DNA of 8,602 nt from NCBI RefSeq assembly GCF_006345805.1, contig NW_021828345.1, forward strand, positions 1 to 8,602, read 5' to 3'. How positions within the stretch are numbered: position 1 is the stretch's first letter; each line of letters starts with the position of its first letter. The DNA is from Octopus sinensis (Eukaryota). Below the pieces are notes generated by a model. That model worked only from the letters and a program-made list of their open reading frames with translations. It did not search any database and was not told the origin of the DNA. Positions 6,249 through 8,602 of this stretch are shown here, piece by piece. A program made the position numbers and the translations under genes.

Positions 6249-7241
6249 ATAAAATGTTGCCATAAATTTAGAAAGACATTCAAACATTTCAGTTCTCAAT
6301 TAAAATAGTCTCTCACCTTATCTCGCCTCCACACATAATCCAGCATAAAACTCCCAAATCAAACCTTCTTTCCCTCAACTAAATTCCTCTGAAACTAAGC
6401 CCTCACTAATCGTTAGAGTTAAACCTTCCTCCTTCAACTAAAATCACTCTCAACCGGGATCCCTAGGAATTTCCATTTCCGACATTAGTTTATCATTCTA
6501 CGTTGTATTAAGAGATAAGCCGGATTGGGGGTAATATCCATCATAACACTGTCAGGCCCCAAAGAATGGTCGGGTGTTTGGTTCCAAGATATTCTCTTCT
6601 CTGTAGAGATCTTTCGACGAAAATGTAGCGAGACATTTAAAGTAGACACTTGCATGCTAACACTGTTGCTGTACGCCATTTCCAGATGCATGGAAGGGTT
6701 CGACGTCTCATCAGAGGGTGAAACAGTTCTGTAGACATTTCGACATTAGAGCTGCCTGAAGCCACCCTGCAATCCAAGTAACAAAACCTCCGCACAATAG
6801 CACAGGATTTTTAAAGTCGGTTGTTGTGACTTCTGGGCCAGATGTTTCTACCATCTTCAATGGTCCTTCTTGCTGCTGCACCACTCGTCCTCTCAGTTGA
6901 ACCAGATGCAATGATTTGCTTTCTAAGCGGCTACCGGTAATATTTCTGGCAACATACTCTGTCTCCGTCGCAATGAGTCTAAGATTCGAGTCTAAGATAC
7001 TAGGTGTAGTGGTAAACGTTTTTAGGTGCAACAATTAGGGCTACTGGTTGGTTGTGGTGGAAGTGAATAGAAGAGAGATACAGCTTGGAAAAGAAAGGAG
7101 AAAGGGTTAGATGTCTTGGAAGGGTAGAGTTCCAAGGAACTGTAATTAAAGAACAGTCTCAGAGTAGTGAAGACTTGTAATTGTATTTTGAACAAAAACT
7201 TTTGTCATAAAGTCAAAGGACCAATTTTTTGGAATTCTGTG

Positions 7242-7487
7242 AGTAGTAGTAGTAGTAGTAGCAGCGGCAGCAGTAGTAGTAGTGGTAGTAGTAGCAGCAG
7301 CAGCAGTAGTGATGGTGGTAGTAGTAGTAGCAGCAGCAGCAGTAGCAATGTCGTTCATAATCACATAAGTATATATATATATATATATACCTATATATAC
7401 ATATATATACATATATACATATACATATACATATACATATATATATATATGTGTGTGTGTGTGTATAGATAGATAGATAGATAGATA
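7242..7487. repeat. Compound microsatellite: (AGT/AGC)n 7242-7346, (TA)/(CATATA)n, (TG)n, (GATA)n
   Basis: Direct inspection. It produces the poly-Ser and poly-Thr/Ala ORFs and abuts the tail of the SINE at 7488. Confidence 0.97.
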
Positions 7488-7673
7488 TTTCTGTATTCTT
7501 TTACTTGTTTCAGTCATGTGACTGCGGCCATGCTGGAGTACCACCTTAAAGAGTTTTATTCGAAAAAAGATCGACCCCAGGATTTATTCTTTGAAAGCAA
7601 GTTTACGGGGACATAAACACACCAGCATCGGTGTCAAGCGATGGCGAGGGGACAAACACACAACACACACACA
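7488..7673 (-). mobile_element. SINE family B 3' fragment
   Basis: TTTTACTTGTTTCAGTCATGTGACTGCGGCCATGCTGGAG...ATCGACCCCAGG...AAACACACCAGCATCGGTGTCAAG, collinear with 4302-4510. Confidence 0.9.
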
Positions 7674-7769
7674 TATTTTGAGAATATCTAAACTGAAAAC
7701 AATGCAAAGGGTGATGACCTTCACCAATGTTTTACGCCTGTCCATTCCTCAGTTTCAGCCATCCTAAAC

Positions 7770-7950
7770 TCCTGCTCTACCAAGTGTCCCCCTCCCTGTA
7801 TTCTTTCTACTCTTTCCTCTCTTTTTTTCTTTCCCTGTCTTCACCTTCCTCATTCTCTTCCAGATCATCGCATCTCTCACCTTTTCCTCTTCATCTCTCT
7901 TCCACTTGCCTCTTTTCTTTTCTTTTCTTCCCCCTCCACCCCGCCATGCC
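7770..7950. repeat. Pyrimidine-rich low-complexity tract
   Basis: C/T-rich sequence without a regular unit. Confidence 0.85.
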
Positions 7951-8122
7951 TTTACCATTTGCTTCGGTGTTCTGCTGTGTTATAAACTAGAAACGGTTCT
8001 GAGACGAAAGAAAGTAGCATTAATTTTCTCGGTCGTTCAACTTTCCTCAACTTGATCGATAAACCAATTGAGTAAACCTATCAGTATGGCACCTGTAATG
8101 ACTACTGGAAACAACTGTCCTG

Positions 8123-8126
8123 CACG

Positions 8127-8163
<37 letters not shown>

Positions 8164-8497
8164 TATATATATATATATATATATATAGATATACACACAC
8201 GCACACCAATAAATATATATATATATACATACATACATACACACACACATATACACGCACGCACATACACACACACACACACATATATATACATACACTC
8301 ACATATATACACACACATATATATACTCACACACAACACATATTTATCTATACATACACACACACATATATATATACACACACACATATACATGTATATA
8401 TATATATGCACACACACACATATATACACACATATATATATATACACACATATACACACGCACACACATATATACAAACACACATATACATACATAC
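8123..8497. repeat. Large mixed (CA)n/(TA)n microsatellite
   Basis: Direct inspection. It is the source of all the HT/YI/VC-repeat ORFs at 8047-8591. Confidence 0.98.
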
Positions 8498-8602
8498 CAG
8501 AGGCGACTTCAGGTCATCAACGTCACTCGTGCTCATCACGTTTTTCCGCTTTATTTCTAGCCCCAAATGGCTAATTTTTTTTTATATCTAGCACAACGTC
8601 TT

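Noticed and set aside
6474-6749. Recurring TTTC(C)GAC motifs at ~130 bp spacing
   Set aside because: The sequences between the motifs do not align, so there is no evidence of a real tandem unit.
6698-6860. Two hammerhead-like motifs on the minus strand: CTGATGA-GACGTC-GAAC (6698-6714) and TTGAAGA-TGGTA-GAAAC-ATCTGGCCCAGAA-GTC (6828-6860)
   Set aside because: Each has a mutated core base (GAAC for GAAA; TTGA for CTGA) and I could not form stem I for either. An Infernal search with Rfam hammerhead models would settle it.
64-8591. Most ORFs in the track (YI/VC/HT, EGRK, poly-S/T, PN repeats)
   Set aside because: They are translations of di-, tri-, tetra- and hexanucleotide repeats that lack stops by composition.

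Overview
Eukaryotic, AT-rich, microsatellite-saturated DNA with no recognisable host gene. It looks intronic or intergenic. The SINE sequences resemble, from memory and unverified, high-copy Octopus (coleoid cephalopod) repeats. The window contains several tRNA-derived or CORE-like SINE copies, two copies of a hAT-like MITE in opposite orientations, a decayed 3' fragment of an RTE-clade LINE (5563-6083) and many simple repeats. Nearly all ORFs in the supplied track are artefacts of simple repeats or repeat arrays. Four structures stand out. (i) A ~2.1 kb imperfect palindrome (3449-5555) has ~200 bp outer arms at about 90-95% identity. They enclose, almost concentrically, a MITE TIR pair and an inverted SINE pair centred on a (TA/CA)n tract. 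(ii) A three-level nested insertion is present: SINE within MITE within SINE. (iii) Eleven in-phase telomere-like CCTAAC hexamers sit inside a SINE copy. (iv) A four-unit ~149 bp tandem array has an alternating A/B higher-order structure (2451-3045). All alignments were done by eye, so coordinates of degenerate elements are approximate.
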